64,000 bases of DNA, taken from assembly GCA_963778795.1 (NCBI GenBank), contig CAVZVU010000006.1:201184-265183 (forward strand). The letters run 5' to 3'. Position 1 is the stretch's first letter; each line of letters begins with the position of its first letter. Positions 1 through 13,477 of this stretch are shown here, piece by piece. The position numbers were made by a program, and so were the translations under genes. The stretch comes from an uncultured Pseudomonadota bacterium (GTDB lineage: Bacteria; Myxococcota_A; Polyangia; Fen-1088). The notes under the pieces are model-generated. The model had not been told where the DNA came from and did no database searches. It worked only from the letters and a program-made list of their open reading frames with translations.

Positions 1-450
1 ACGGTGGCCAAGATCATCCCGATCGTCGGCATGACCGCGCTCGACTACAACGAGATCTGGGGCGCCGGGATCGGCCTCGACCTCAATAATGGTGGCGGCG
101 ACGCCGGCGCGGTGAAGGGGACCTACAACGCCACCGCCGCTGGCGTGCTCGGCATCGCGTTCGACATCGACACGGTGCCGCTGGCCACGCTGCGCGTGGA
201 GTTCCCGAACGCCACCGCCACCAACGCCGCGTTCTGGGGCGGCGACAACCAGTCGTCTCCGGTGAAGGCCGGCCACAACGAGATCAAGTGGGCCGACGTG
301 AAGGGTCCCTTCTACGACACCGCCGCGCCGGTCTTCGATCCCAAGACGATCTACTCGATTCAGTTCCACGTGCCGGCCAGCGCCACCGCCGCGGCGACGT
401 ACAACTTCTGCATCAGCAATCTCTCGGCGATCATCCCCAAAGCGCCGTAA
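1..450 (+). CDS. C-terminal fragment of a secreted protein, possibly a carbohydrate-binding-module-like beta-sandwich (5' end outside window)
   Basis: The frame is open from nt 1 (no start in window) to TAA 448-450, with GC3-rich codon usage. The sequence is Asn/Ala/Thr-rich and strand-like (..IYSIQFHVPASATAAATYNFCISNL) with no catalytic motif. The CBM idea rests only on its position directly upstream of a GH8 gene. Confidence 0.5.
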   Translation, partial: TVAKIIPIVGMTALDYNEIWGAGIGLDLNNGGGDAGAVKGTYNATAAGVLGIAFDIDTVPLATLRVEFPNATATNAAFWGGDNQSSPVKAGHNEIKWADVKGPFYDTAAPVFDPKTIYSIQFHVPASATAAATYNFCISNLSAIIPKAP

Positions 451-1799
451 TGCGCTTTAAATGCGCGTGGACGGAGCTCGGCTTGCCGAGCGGAGTCCGT
501 CGCGGGAGGGTTCGGGAACCCTTTCAGGGTTCCCGAAAAAGAAGCTGGTCCGGTCCAGCGGCGCTGGCGGCCGCCGGTGCTCTGTTTGCGGCGTGCGCCG
601 CCTCCCCCCCCGCCGCTCCGGCGGGGGCGGGCGGCTCGATCGGCGCGGCGGGCGCCGGGATGGGAGGCAGCGGCGTCGGCGGCGACACGATGGGGCTCAA
701 GCTGGGCACCGGCGGGCCATTTACCATGCCCAAGGCCTCGGGAAGCTGCACCCTGACCACGGTGCCGGGCGCGATCGCGTCGACCGCGGCGGCTTACTCC
801 ACCTGGAAGAACGCGTTCCTGACCACCAACGGCGCCGGCCCGGCGGGAAACCTGCGCGTGCAGCGCCCAACCAACTCGAACGATACCGTGTCCGAGGGAA
901 TCGGCTACGGAATGCTGGCGGCGGTCTACATGAACGACCGGCCGACGTTCGACTCGCTGTGGAGATACGGCCAGCTCCACTTCAACGCCAAGGGGCTGAT
1001 GATGTGGCACATAACCGCGGCCGGCGCGCCGTTGGATATGGGTTCGGCGTCGGATGGCGATGTCGATATGATCTGGGCGCTGATCATGGCCTCGGACCAG
1101 TGGTTGTCGACCGACTACCTCAACGCCGCCGCCAGCATGATCCAGTCGATGCGGCAGAACTCCATCGGCCCCGACGGAACGCTCAAGCCGGGCGACACCT
1201 GGGGCGGGACCACGCTGACTGATCCGTCGTACTTTTCTCCGGCCTACTTTCGGGTCTTTGCCGTCGTCGTCGGCGATCCGCTGTGGGCGCGCGACATCCT
1301 CGACAAGAACTACCTGCTGCTGGCCAGCATCACTGGCACCAACGGTCTGGCCCCCGACTGGACCACCAACTCTGGTGTCGTCAACACCGGCTTGCTCACG
1401 TCGGCCGGCACGCCGGGCGCCGGCGGCACCTACGACAACAGCACCTACGGCTACGACGCCTCGCGGGTGCCGTGGCGCATCGCCATGGACTGGTGCTTCA
1501 ACGGGGAGGTGCGCGCGCACAACTACCTGATGAAGGTCGGCGCGTTCTTCAACGGCGTCGGCGCCGCCAACATCGTCGACGGCTACGCCGTGACTGGCTC
1601 GCCGAAGGGCAGCGCCAAGAACATGGCGTTCATCGGCCCGGCCGGCGTCGCCGGCATGGCGGGTTTTCCGACGCTACTCGACGCCGCGTTCACCTACGGC
1701 GCCAGCGGCCAGCAGGCCGATCAGGCCTACTTCCCGTCGTCGCTGCGCCTGATCTCGATGCTGATGATGTCGGGCAGCTTCGTCGATTATACGAAGTAG
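450..1799 (+). CDS. glycoside hydrolase family 8 endoglucanase, lipoprotein-type signal
   Basis: ATG 450 overlaps the upstream stop (TAATG); TTG 483 is an alternative start. The signal is RKRSWSGPAALAAAGALFAAC. GH8 blocks are SEGIGYGMLAAVY, ASDGDVDMIWALIMASDQW (GH8 signature-like) and WRIAMDW. The frame is uninterrupted to TAG 1797-1799. Confidence 0.85.
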   Translation: MRFKCAWTELGLPSGVRRGRVREPFQGSRKRSWSGPAALAAAGALFAACAASPPAAPAGAGGSIGAAGAGMGGSGVGGDTMGLKLGTGGPFTMPKASGSCTLTTVPGAIASTAAAYSTWKNAFLTTNGAGPAGNLRVQRPTNSNDTVSEGIGYGMLAAVYMNDRPTFDSLWRYGQLHFNAKGLMMWHITAAGAPLDMGSASDGDVDMIWALIMASDQWLSTDYLNAAASMIQSMRQNSIGPDGTLKPGDTWGGTTLTDPSYFSPAYFRVFAVVVGDPLWARDILDKNYLLLASITGTNGLAPDWTTNSGVVNTGLLTSAGTPGAGGTYDNSTYGYDASRVPWRIAMDWCFNGEVRAHNYLMKVGAFFNGVGAANIVDGYAVTGSPKGSAKNMAFIGPAGVAGMAGFPTLLDAAFTYGASGQQADQAYFPSSLRLISMLMMSGSFVDYTK

Positions 1800-1830
1800 C
1801 GGGCGACGAGCGCCGGACTCCTCACCCTAG

Positions 1831-1859
1831 CCCCTTCCTCGGCGAGTCGAGGAGAGGGG
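1831..1859 (+). terminator. GC-rich hairpin downstream of the GH8 gene (possible intrinsic terminator)
   Basis: Imperfect stem-loop CCCCTTCCTCG-GCGAGT-CGAGGAGAGGGG lies 32 nt after the stop. There is no U-tract. Confidence 0.35.
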
Positions 1860-1949
1860 GATAGGATCCGGAGAGGACTGGGACCGAGGGGCGTCCAGGA
1901 TCTCTGTCGGCTTGATGCCGCCGCCGTCGCGGGATAGCGTCGGCGGGCC

Positions 1950-3311
1950 ATGAATCTGGCGGCCACTTTGCGCGGGACGACTCATCGGTTCGCCGATGTC
2001 AAAGAGGTGCTAGCCAAGGCGAACGAGGAGAAGTCGGGGATCGCCTGGCCGGCGTCGCGGCGGGCTCGGTGTCCGAGCGGGTCGCCGCCAAGCGGGTGCT
2101 GGCGGAGCTGACGCTGCAGGAGCTGCACGAAAACCCGGTCGTGCCCGCCGAGCGCGACGCGGTCACCCGGCTGATCCTCGACGACCTGCAACGCCCGGTC
2201 TACGAATCGATGAAGTCGTGGAGCGTCGCCCGCCTGCGCGAGCACGTGCTGGACGACGCCGTCAGCGGGCCCGAGCTGCTGCGGCTGTCGCGCGGCCTGA
2301 CCAGCGAGATGATCGCCGCCTGCGCGAAGCTGATGACCAACCTCGACCTCATCTACGCCGCGCGCAAGATCCGCGTCGTGGTGCACGCCACCAACACCGT
2401 GGGGCTGGAGGGTCGGCTGTCGGTGCGGCTGCAACCCAACCACCCCTCCGATTCGATCGAAGGGATCCTCGCGTCGATGCGCGAGGGGCTGTCTTACGGC
2501 GTGCGGCGACGCGGTGATCGGCATCAACCCGGTCACCGACAATCCCGAGCAGACCGCCGCGATCCTGAACGCCTCGGCGGCGTTCATGCGGCAGTGGCGC
2601 ATCCCGACGCAGAACTGCTGCCTCGCGCACGTCACCACGCAGATGAAGGCGCTGGAGGCGGGCGCGGAGCTGGGCCTCATGTTCCAGTCGATCGCCGGCA
2701 CCGAGAAGGCGCTGCGCAGCTTCGGCGTGACGCTGCCGATGCTCGACGAGGCGCACGACATGACCCGCAAGCTGGGCCAGTGCGCCGGGCCCAACGTGAT
2801 GTACTTCGAGACCGGGCAGGGCTCGGCGCTGTCGGCCGACGCGCACGAGGGGGCCGACCAGATGACGCTGGAGGCGCGCAACTACGGCCTGGCGCGCCAC
2901 TACCAACCGTTTCTGGTCAACACCGTCGTCGGCTTCATCGGCCCCGAGTACCTGTACGACGCGCGCCAGATCACGCGCGCCGGCCTGGAGGATCACTTCA
3001 TGGGCAAGCTGCACGGCATCCCCATGGGGTGCGACGCCTGCTTCACCAACCACGCCGACGCCGATCAGAACGACGTCGAGAACCTGGAGGTGCTGCTGGC
3101 CAGCGCCGGCTGCAACTTCTTCATGGGGCTGCCGATGGGCGACGACGTCATGCTCAACTACCAGTCGACGTCGTTTCACGACAACGCGACCCTGCGCCAG
3201 CTGCTGGGGTTGCGCCCCGCGCCCGAGTTCGAGGGCTGGCTCGAGGAGATGGGGATCATGCACAACGGCAAGCTGACGACCCGCGCCGGCGACGCGAGCC
3301 TGTTCGGATGA
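1950..3311 (+). CDS. eutB: ethanolamine ammonia-lyase large subunit EutB (frame broken twice in this assembly)
   Basis: It is colinear with E. coli EutB in three frame segments. Segment 1: MNLAATLRGTTHRFADVKEVLAKANEEKSG. Segment 2: ERVAAKRVLAELT..NLDLIYAARK..RLQPNHPSD. Segment 3: AVIGINPVTD..AHVTTQ..YFETGQGSALSA..EARNYGLARHY..NTVVGFIGPEYLYD..MGCDACFTNHADADQND. The breaks are at ~2037 (G-run one base short) and ~2504 (extra C). Confidence 0.92.
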
Positions 3312-4157
3312 TCGACCGCACGCGGATCGAAGCGATGGTGCGCGAGGCCCTGGCGCGCGAGTGGGGGCGCGACGCGCGCGAGGTGGCCGCGCCGGTCGAG
3401 TCGTCGGGGGCGCTGATGATCCCGCCCGACCGCGGCGTCAACATCGGCGAGCCCTACGACCCGCGCGTCATGCCGGGGATCCTGGCGGCGACGCCGGCCC
3501 GCGATCGTCGTCGGCCGCAGCGGTCCGCGCTACCGCACCAACACCATGCTGCGCTTCCGCGCCGATCACGCCGCCGCCAAGGACGCCGTGCTGTCCGAGG
3601 TCGACCCCGAGCTGCTGGCGCGCCTGGGCATGTTCGAGCTGGCGTCGCGCGCGCCCGACAAGCCGACCTTCCTGCAGCGCCCCGATCTCGGACGCGCGCT
3701 GTCCGACGGCGCGCGCGACGAGCTCGTGCGGCGGATCGGACGCGCGCCGACGCTGGTGGTGATCTACGGCGACGGGCTGTCGGCGGCGGCGATCAACCAG
3801 CACCTGGCCGAGTTCCACGGCGCGTTGCTGCCAGCGCTGGCGGCGCGCGGGATCAGCCACGCCCCGCCCTTCTTCGTGCGCCGCTCGCGCGTCAAGATCA
3901 TGGACGAGATCGCCCGCCTCACCGGCGCGCAGGCGGCCCTGTTCACCTGCGGCGAGCGACCCGGCCTCGGGTTCGCCGATTCGCTGTCGGCCTACTACAT
4001 CTACCAGCCGGCGGCCGGCGCCACCGACGCCGACCGCGAGGTGATCTCCAACATCAACCCGCGCGGCCGCCCGCCCGCCGACGCCGCCGGCGACGTCGCG
4101 GCCGCGATCGAGCGAATCCTGCGCGACAAGAAGTCGGGCGTCGTGTTCCCGCGATGA
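3308..4157 (+). CDS. eutC: ethanolamine ammonia-lyase small subunit EutC (one frame break)
   Basis: ATG 3308 overlaps the eutB stop (ATGA). The C-terminal 200 aa match EutC (MLRFRADHAAAKDAV..VVIYGDGLSAAAI..FFVRRSRVKIMDEI..CGERPGLG..ISNINPRG). The N-terminal MIDRTRIEAMVREALAREW resembles the enterobacterial EutC encapsulation helix (MDQKQIEEIVRSVMASM). There is one +1 break at ~3503. Confidence 0.9.
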
Positions 4158-4160
4158 CAG

Positions 4161-4880
4161 ATGAAGCTCGATCTGCGCCCGGTGAAGCCGCGCGCGCTCG
4201 CCGTGCGGACCATCCCCGAGGCGGCGCCCGATCTGGCGGCGTCGCTGGGGCTGCCCGCCGACCGGCGCGCGCTGGGCCTCATCACCGCGACCTCCGACGA
4301 CGCGCTCTTCACCGCGCTCGATCAGGGGACCAAGGCGTCGCCCGCCGACGTGGTCTACGCCAAGTCGTTCTACGCCGGCGCCGCGCATCCGTCGGGGCCG
4401 CTGTCCGGCGAGTGCATCGGCATCTACGCCGCGCGCGATCCGGCGGAGATCGACGCCGCGCTTGCCGCCTGCCTCGCCTACCTCGAGAGCGAGGCCTGGT
4501 TCTACGCCATCGCGGTCGGCGGCGGCGGAGGCGGCGCGCAGGACGTCGTCTTCTACCCGCACGTCGTCGCCTCGACCGGCCGCTACCTGGCGCCGCTGGC
4601 CGGCGTCGCGGTCGGCGGCGCGATGGCCTATCTGATCGCGCCACCGCTCGAGTCGGTGGTCGGTCTCGACGCCGCGTGCAAGGCGGCAAACGTGCGCCTG
4701 GCGAAGTGGTTCGGCCCGCCGTCCGAGACCAACTTCGGGGGCGGCTACCTGGTCGGCGATCAGACCGCGTGCGAGGCGGCCGCGACGCGCGTTCGCCGAG
4801 CGCGATCGCCGACGTCTGCGCCGCGCCCAAGGCGGCGCGCGCGGCGCGCGGCGGCGGCGAAGGCGGCCCAACCCGGGTGA
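4161..4880 (+). CDS. eutL: microcompartment shell protein EutL (tandem BMC domains)
   Basis: It is colinear with E. coli EutL: LGLITATSDDALFTALDQGTKA, VVYAKSFYAGAAH, HVVASTGRYLA, MAYLIAPPLE, PPSETNFGGGYLVGDQTACEAA. The Arg-rich last ~30 aa look out of frame (another frame reads AFAERAIADV..), so the 3' end is uncertain. TGA 4878-4880 overlaps GTG 4877. Confidence 0.85.
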   Translation: MKLDLRPVKPRALAVRTIPEAAPDLAASLGLPADRRALGLITATSDDALFTALDQGTKASPADVVYAKSFYAGAAHPSGPLSGECIGIYAARDPAEIDAALAACLAYLESEAWFYAIAVGGGGGGAQDVVFYPHVVASTGRYLAPLAGVAVGGAMAYLIAPPLESVVGLDAACKAANVRLAKWFGPPSETNFGGGYLVGDQTACEAAATRVRRARSPTSAPRPRRRARRAAAAKAAQPG

Positions 4881-5548
4881 CCGCGGCGCAAGCGGCGGCG
4901 GCGGCCGGTGCCGGGGCGCGCGGGCAAGCGGCGGGCGAGGCGGCGCGCTTCAAGGCGCTCGCCACCGGCGAGCGTTTCGTCGACCAAGCCCGACCACCTG
5001 ACCCACCTGGTCGACGACGCGTCGCTGGTCGCCAAGACCCACCCGCGCATCGTGCTGCGCGGCAAGGTCGACTTCCTGCAGTCGGCGATCCTCGACGCGC
5101 AGGTCGCCGCCGACGCGGACAGGCGCGCGGCCTGGTCGGCGAGCTCGGCGAGCTGCTCGAGCTCGCGCGCGCGCTCGTCGGCGCCGAGGTGACCGGCAAG
5201 CCGCTGGCCCCGTTTCGCGCTGTTCGGGATGACCCCCGACGAGGTGCGCGACGCCACCCACCACACGCACGAGCTCTACGGCGTGCCGTTCATGTACCCG
5301 GACGTGCGGCAGGGGCCGGTCGTCGCCAAGCTGAACCTGGCGCGCGCCATCGCGCGCGAGGCGGAGGTCGCCGCGCTGACCGCCTTTGCGCCCGAAGCAG
5401 CAACGGCGCCGCCGCTGCGCGCCGACATCTGCCTGGCGCTGAACCGGATCTCGTCGGCGCTCTACCTGCTGGCTTGCAAGTACGTCGCTGGCCGCTACGA
5501 TGGCAGCCGCCGTCCGATGGGACCGGTCCGCGGGTGGCGTCCACCGCG

Positions 5549-5552
<4 letters not shown>
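4877..5552 (+). CDS. eutT: EutT-type cob(I)alamin adenosyltransferase, short form (three frame breaks)
   Basis: Three frame segments together match the E. coli EutT core. Segment 1: KPDHLTHLVDDASLVAKTHPRIVLRGKVDFLQSAIL. Segment 2: GLVGELGELLELARALVGAEVTGKPL. Segment 3: LFGMTPDEVRDATHH..VVAKLNLARAIAREAEV..ADICLALNRISSALYLLACKYV. The breaks are at ~4985, ~5127 and ~5216. The GTG 4877 start is tentative. Confidence 0.75.
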
Positions 5553-8571
<3,019 letters not shown>

Positions 8572-8602
8572 CGAGCAACTCGCTGAATCAGCTCTGAAAT
8601 TT

Positions 8603-8630
8603 GCCTCTCCCCGCGAAAGCAGGGAGAGGC
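8603..8630 (+). terminator. hairpin with GAAA tetraloop after ligA
   Basis: GCCTCTCCC (8603-8611) pairs with GGGAGAGGC (8622-8630). An inner GC/GC pair closes a GAAA loop. It lies 32 nt after the ligA stop. Confidence 0.45.
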
Positions 8631-8654
8631 GGGCTTGGATGTTCGAGCGCCAAC

Positions 8655-8682
8655 AGAACGGCGACGCGACCGTCGCCGTTCT
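8655..8682. terminator. perfect 12-bp hairpin between convergent genes (bidirectional terminator candidate)
   Basis: AGAACGGCGACG (8655-8666), loop CGAC, CGTCGCCGTTCT (8671-8682). It sits between the ligA 3' end and the 3' end of the minus-strand lipoprotein gene. Confidence 0.5.
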
Positions 8683-8690
8683 CGCCGTCG

Positions 8691-9147
8691 CTAGCCCGGA
8701 CCGGTATCGGCCGGACCAGTGTCCGCAGGACCAGTGTCGCGCAGGACCGGTATCGGCAGGACCAGTGTCCGCAGGACCGGTATCGGCAGGACCCGTGTCC
8801 GCAGGGCCGGTATCGGCAGGACCCGTGTCCGCAGGACCGGTGTCAGTCGTGTCGGTCGTCGTGTCGTGCGGGACATCGGCCGGCGTGTCGATCGGCGTGT
8901 CGATCGGCGTGTCGTGCGGGACATCGGCCGGCGTGTCGATCGGTGTGTCGTGCGGGGCATCGGCCGGACCCGTGTCCGTACCGCCGTCGTGGCCGCCCAT
9001 CCCCGCTCCACCCGTACCGCCATCGACGCCTGCGCCGCCGGTGCCACCCTTGGGGCTGCTGCTGCTACAACCGCTCAACGTCACGGCGAGAGTCAGCCCT
9101 CCGGTGAACACCAACGCCACAAAGACCTTTCCCAGTTTCTTGAACAT
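8691..9147 (-). CDS. acidic repeat lipoprotein (DTGPA and DTPxDVPH repeats; one frame break inside the repeats)
   Basis: It starts at ATG 9147 (TTG 9156 is an alternative). The signal plus lipobox is MFKKLGKVFVALVFTGGLTLAVTLSGC, followed by a Gly-rich linker, DTP(A/I)DVPH repeats and then ~10 DTGPA units. There is an extra base at ~8739. The corrected frame ends ..DTGPG-TAG at 8691-8693. Confidence 0.75.
8697..8965. repeat. in-frame tandem repeats (15-nt units GGACC[AG]GT[GA]TC[CG]GCA, then longer GTGTCGATCGGC-type units)
   Basis: Direct reading shows about ten contiguous 15-nt units at 8697-8845 and larger imperfect units at 8868-8960. All lie inside the lipoprotein CDS. Confidence 0.85.
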
Positions 9148-9276
9148 GTCGGCCAATTCCTTTCGTCGAAGAAGACGTTATGTCGTGCAGCTGAACAGCC
9201 TTGTAACACGGTCCAGGTTCTTCGCAACGGTTCTGCGATCAGAAAATCGTCGAAGGGATGTCGAATGAACGGGATG

Positions 9277-12200
9277 TTAACGGACGATTTCGTCCGTGTT
9301 GTCGCGCGCGATCTCCTCGGTAAACGCACCGTCAGACCCGCGATCCTCGCGCCCGGAATGCTCGTCGCGCGAACGCTCATCGCGTTCGACCAGGCGGGCA
9401 TCGCCCGCGCTCTGCGCACGCGCGCGCGCGTAAAACCGATGACCGGCCTCGACGTTGCGCTCGACGGTCAGGGCGATGTCGCCGGCGGCGATCAAGAAGC
9501 CGCATCGTTCGCTCGGGCTCGCGGCGCCGTCGGCCGACAGGAACTCGAGAGCGTCGCGCGCGTCGCCCCACCGGCGCTCGACGGTGGCGAACGCGCCCAG
9601 CAGCCCCCACGCCTGCCGCCGCGCCGCCGGCGGACAGCGCTCGGTCGCCAGCGCGTCGCGCAGCCGATCGAGGACGCGCGTGCGCCGCTCGCCCTCCAGC
9701 CCGCCCAGCAGCCGCGGTTCGAAGCGCATCGCGGCCCAAGTCTCCGCGAGATCGCGCATGCCCCCGCTGGTGCTGCTGACCATCGACCCGAGCTGCGCGG
9801 TCGCCGCCAGCCGCTGCGCGATGTGGACGTCGCACAGCGCTGAGCGCACGAACAGCTCCGCGAGGTCGCCTTCAGCCAGCGTCGAGCGATAGCGATCGAG
9901 CAGCGCCTCGGTGGCGCGCCAGGCATTGTCCCACTGCCCCTTCTCGAAGCAGATGAACGAGAGCCGTTCGAGCGTCGGCCGGTGATTCGCGTTGCGCGCG
10001 TAGGAGCGCGAGAAGAAGGCCAACGCCTCGTCGAGGTGCCCGGACGTCTCGGCGTCGGAGGCGACGCGGAAGTATCGGTCGGCGGCGTCGGCGACCTCGG
10101 CGCCCGTGGCCAGCAGGCGCTCGAGCGCCTGCGCGGCCAGCTCCCACTTGCGCTTGGCGCGGATCCTCGGAGGCCAGGGCGAACCGGAACAATTGATCGA
10201 GCGCCGCCGGGTCCGACGATTCGACGGCGCCGGCGCGTTCGAGCAGCGCCAGCGCCCGCGCGCTGTCGCCGAGGCGCTCGCCGACGATCGACGCCAGCTC
10301 GACGAGCCGCGCCGGATCGCCCGCGCCCGGCGCGCCGAGCGCGAGCTCGAGGTCCAAGAGGCGCGCCACTTCGCCCCAGTCGGCGCGACGGCTCGCCAGG
10401 CGCCGCAGCGCGATCACCGGTTCGACCAGCGCCGGGTCGAGCGACGCCGAGCGCTCATAGCCGGCGCGCGCCGTCGCCAGATCGTCGAGCCGTTCGGCGA
10501 CGCGCCCCACGCCGTACCAGAGTCGCGACGCCCCCGCGGGCGCGAGCGTGCCCGCCTTCTGCTCCAGGCGGTGACCGAGCTCGTCCCAGCGCTGCGTGCG
10601 CTCGCACAGCCGCTCGAACGCCGCCATGACGTCGACGTTGCGCGGATCGAGATCGAGCGCCGCCGAGAAGTCGGCCTCGGCCTCGGCGGTGCGTCCCGCC
10701 TCGGTCAGGATGACCAGACCCCGATCGACGCAGCGCCTTGGCCTTCTCGACCGGGCCGGGCGCCACGGCGATGCGCGCCGTGTGAAGCGCCAGCGGCCCC
10801 TGCAGCTTGCCGAGCGCGCCGAGCGCGCCAGCCGCACGCGGCGTGGGTGGCGCGCCCAGGGCGCGATAAAGGCGCAGCGCCTCATCTTCCTGGTTCAGGC
10901 GGCTGCGGCGCAGCTCGGCCAGGCGCCATAGCAACGCCGCGCGACCCGCGGTCCCGGCGCCCGCGCCCGACTCGGCGCGCGCCGCGGCCCAGGACAGGAG
11001 ATCGGCGCAGCGTTGCCACTCGCCGGTCGCCGTCAGCACCCGCTCCGCCGCCTCGGCGGCGGCCACGTCGTCGGGATCGAGCTCCAGCACGGCGAGCCAG
11101 GCCATCGCGACCTCCGACGGATCACGCGCCGATTTCTCGCTGAGCGCGGCGACGTCGCGCAGCAGCTTCAGCCGGTCGCCGCGGTCGGCGACGTGATGAA
11201 CCGCCGCCGCCGCCAGCCGCAGCGACTGCTCGAAGCGGCCGGTGCTCTCCAGGCGGCGGCGCGCCGGCGCGAGGATCGGCATCGGCCTGCCGTCGGGCCC
11301 GATGGGCGGCGTCGCCGCCGCGGCGCCGAGCTCGCCGAGCGCGGTCAGCCGCTCGGCCAGCGCGCGCTCGGGCTCGCCGCTGGAGTCGAAGAGCTGCGCG
11401 CGCTCGGCGAGCACGGCGAGGCGATCGCGACCGGTCAGGGCCGCGGCGTCGCTGGCCAGCGCCGTCGCCAGCTCGCGCGAGCGCCCGAGCTGGCGCAACA
11501 ACCGCGACCGGCGCCGCCGCAGCGGCAGCAGCACCTCGAGGACGCCGGCGGTGATCGCGCGTTCCAGCACCGCCAGCGCCGCCGGCGGATCGCCGTCGAC
11601 CTCCAGCGCCGCCGCCAGCCGGTCGGCGATCCGAGCGTGTCGCGACGGACGATCTTCGCTGTCGGAGGCCGCGCGCAGCAGATCGATCATCCGCGCCTCG
11701 ATCGGCTTGACCGGCGTCTCCGGCTCGCCGCTGCTGGCCTCGGCCGCCGCCTGACGGCGCAGCAGGCTCTCGCCAAGCGCAAGGGCGGTGTCGGCGCCGG
11801 CGTGGCCGGCGACGGCATGCGACAGCAGCGCCAGCACCGGGGCGAGGTCGCCGTCGGCCGGCAGGCGGATCAGCAACCGCTGCGCCGCCAGATAGAACTC
11901 GGCGGGCGTCTTCGGCGGACGCTCGTCGGTCGGCGCGGGGGGCGGCGATGGGACCTCGGCCAGGTCCTTGCGCCAGGTCGCGGCGAGGGCGGCATGGCCC
12001 GACGCCTCGGCCTCCGCGATCAGACTCTCGAGCGCCGCCGGGCGCGCGTCGGCCGGCTCGTCCTCGAGCAGAGTGCGGCGCAGAAGCAGGGCTTGCTTGA
12101 CCAGGCCCCCCTGGCGCAGCGCTGCCTCGACGGCGGCCAGGCGCGGGGTGCCGGCGGCGGGCGCCGAGGAGCGCAAGGCCTGCTCGGCGAGACGGCGCGC

Positions 12201-13319
12201 CAGCCCCCCTCGGCCGGCTCGCGCGGCAGCCAGCGCGCGGTCCCAGGGGTCGGGGCGCTCGCCGGCGCGCGCCGCCTGGGTGGTCGCCGAGGGGCCGCTC
12301 GCGGCTGCGCCCGCGCCCTTCTTGCCGGGCTCGCCTTTGCCTGGCTCGGCTTTCCCCGGCTCGATGCGCGCCGCGTCGGCCTTGCCGGCTTCGACTTTGC
12401 CGGCTTCGGCCTTGGCCGACGCGCTCTTGCCGGTCTCGCCTTTGGTCTCGGTTTTCGTCTCGGTCTTTTTGGACGCGGGCGCGGTGGTCGCCGCCGGCGT
12501 CGCAGGGGTCGCCGCGCCGGGCGCGGCGCCAGACGTCGTCCCGGATGTGGCCCGCGCGACGCGCGCGGGGGGGCGCAGGGATTTCGACGCGTGGGCGCGC
12601 CCGCCGTTGGGGGGCCCGCCCTCGGTGCGTTCGACGGCGGCGCGCCAGCGGCGGTCGATCTCACGGCGCAAGCGCGTGACCTCCTCGGCAACCGGCCCGC
12701 CGGCCTTCTCGGCCGCTTCCAGCAGCGGTTCGACGCGCGCGGGGGCGCCCCCCGCCTCGATCCAGGCCGCGGCCGCCGCGAGCCGCGCCGGGCGATCGAC
12801 CCCCTCGGCGCTGGCCAGCACCAGCGCCTCGCGCAGGAAGGCGAGGCGCGCGCGACCGCTGCTGTCAGCGGCGCGCAGCTGCAACGCCGCCAGGTGCTCC
12901 GCCGGTAACACGCCGGCCGCGATCTTGATCGCGTGCCGCGCCGCCGCCCGCCGCTGGTGGGCGGGAAATCGATTGTCACCGGCGACCGACAGCCAGGCGC
13001 GCGCCGACTGGACCGGCCGTCCCGCCTCGCTCTGGGCCTCGGCGGCGGCGGCGGCCCAGGCGGCGATCTCGGCGCGCGCGATGTGACCGATCTCGACCAG
13101 GAAGGCGGCGCGATCGAGCGCGGGCAGCGCGCGCGCGGCGCTCAGCACCGCCATCCTCACCACGCCAAGACCGGGCGCCTCGTCGGCCGCGCGCCGCAGC
13201 TCGGCGAGCGCCGACGGGAGATCGTTGCCAGCGCGCAGCAGCCCCGCCAGCTCGGTGCGCAGACGGGCGCGCGCGACGACGTCGGTCGCCGTTCCGATCT
13301 CGCGGCGAAGCTCATCCAT
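9277..13319 (-). CDS. very large TPR-like helical-repeat protein, ~1350 aa (two frame breaks)
   Basis: Three frame segments read continuously as an Ala/Leu/Arg-rich helical protein. TPR-like stretches include AEADFSAALDLDPRNVDVMAAFERL and QWDNAWRATEALLDRY. A low-complexity insert KKTETKTETKGETGKSASAKAEAGKVEAGK lies at ~12330-12480. The breaks are at ~10733 and ~10160. ATG 13319 (MDELRREIG) is preferred over ATG 13388. Confidence 0.7.
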
Positions 13320-13477
13320 CCGTACGCCCGCCGCCGGCTTCGCGCTTCCGGCCAAAACCGCCACGGCGCGGAAGATATCACAGCCCAAAAAGGCGGGAAG
13401 AAGGCGGGAACAAAGGCGGAAGCCCCCCGGTCCGCCGCCAGCGCGGCGGGCAGGTCCCGTGCTAACGTCACCGCCCT

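Noticed and set aside
1800-1949. An adenosylcobalamin riboswitch or other leader upstream of eutB.
   Set aside because: The spacer is only ~150 nt and I could not find a B12-box-like core. Apart from the terminator-like hairpin, nothing structured stands out.
8697-8965. A regular short-repeat array that superficially resembles a CRISPR.
   Set aside because: The units are 15 nt and contiguous with no spacers. They lie in frame inside a lipoprotein CDS (DTGPA repeats), and there are no cas genes.
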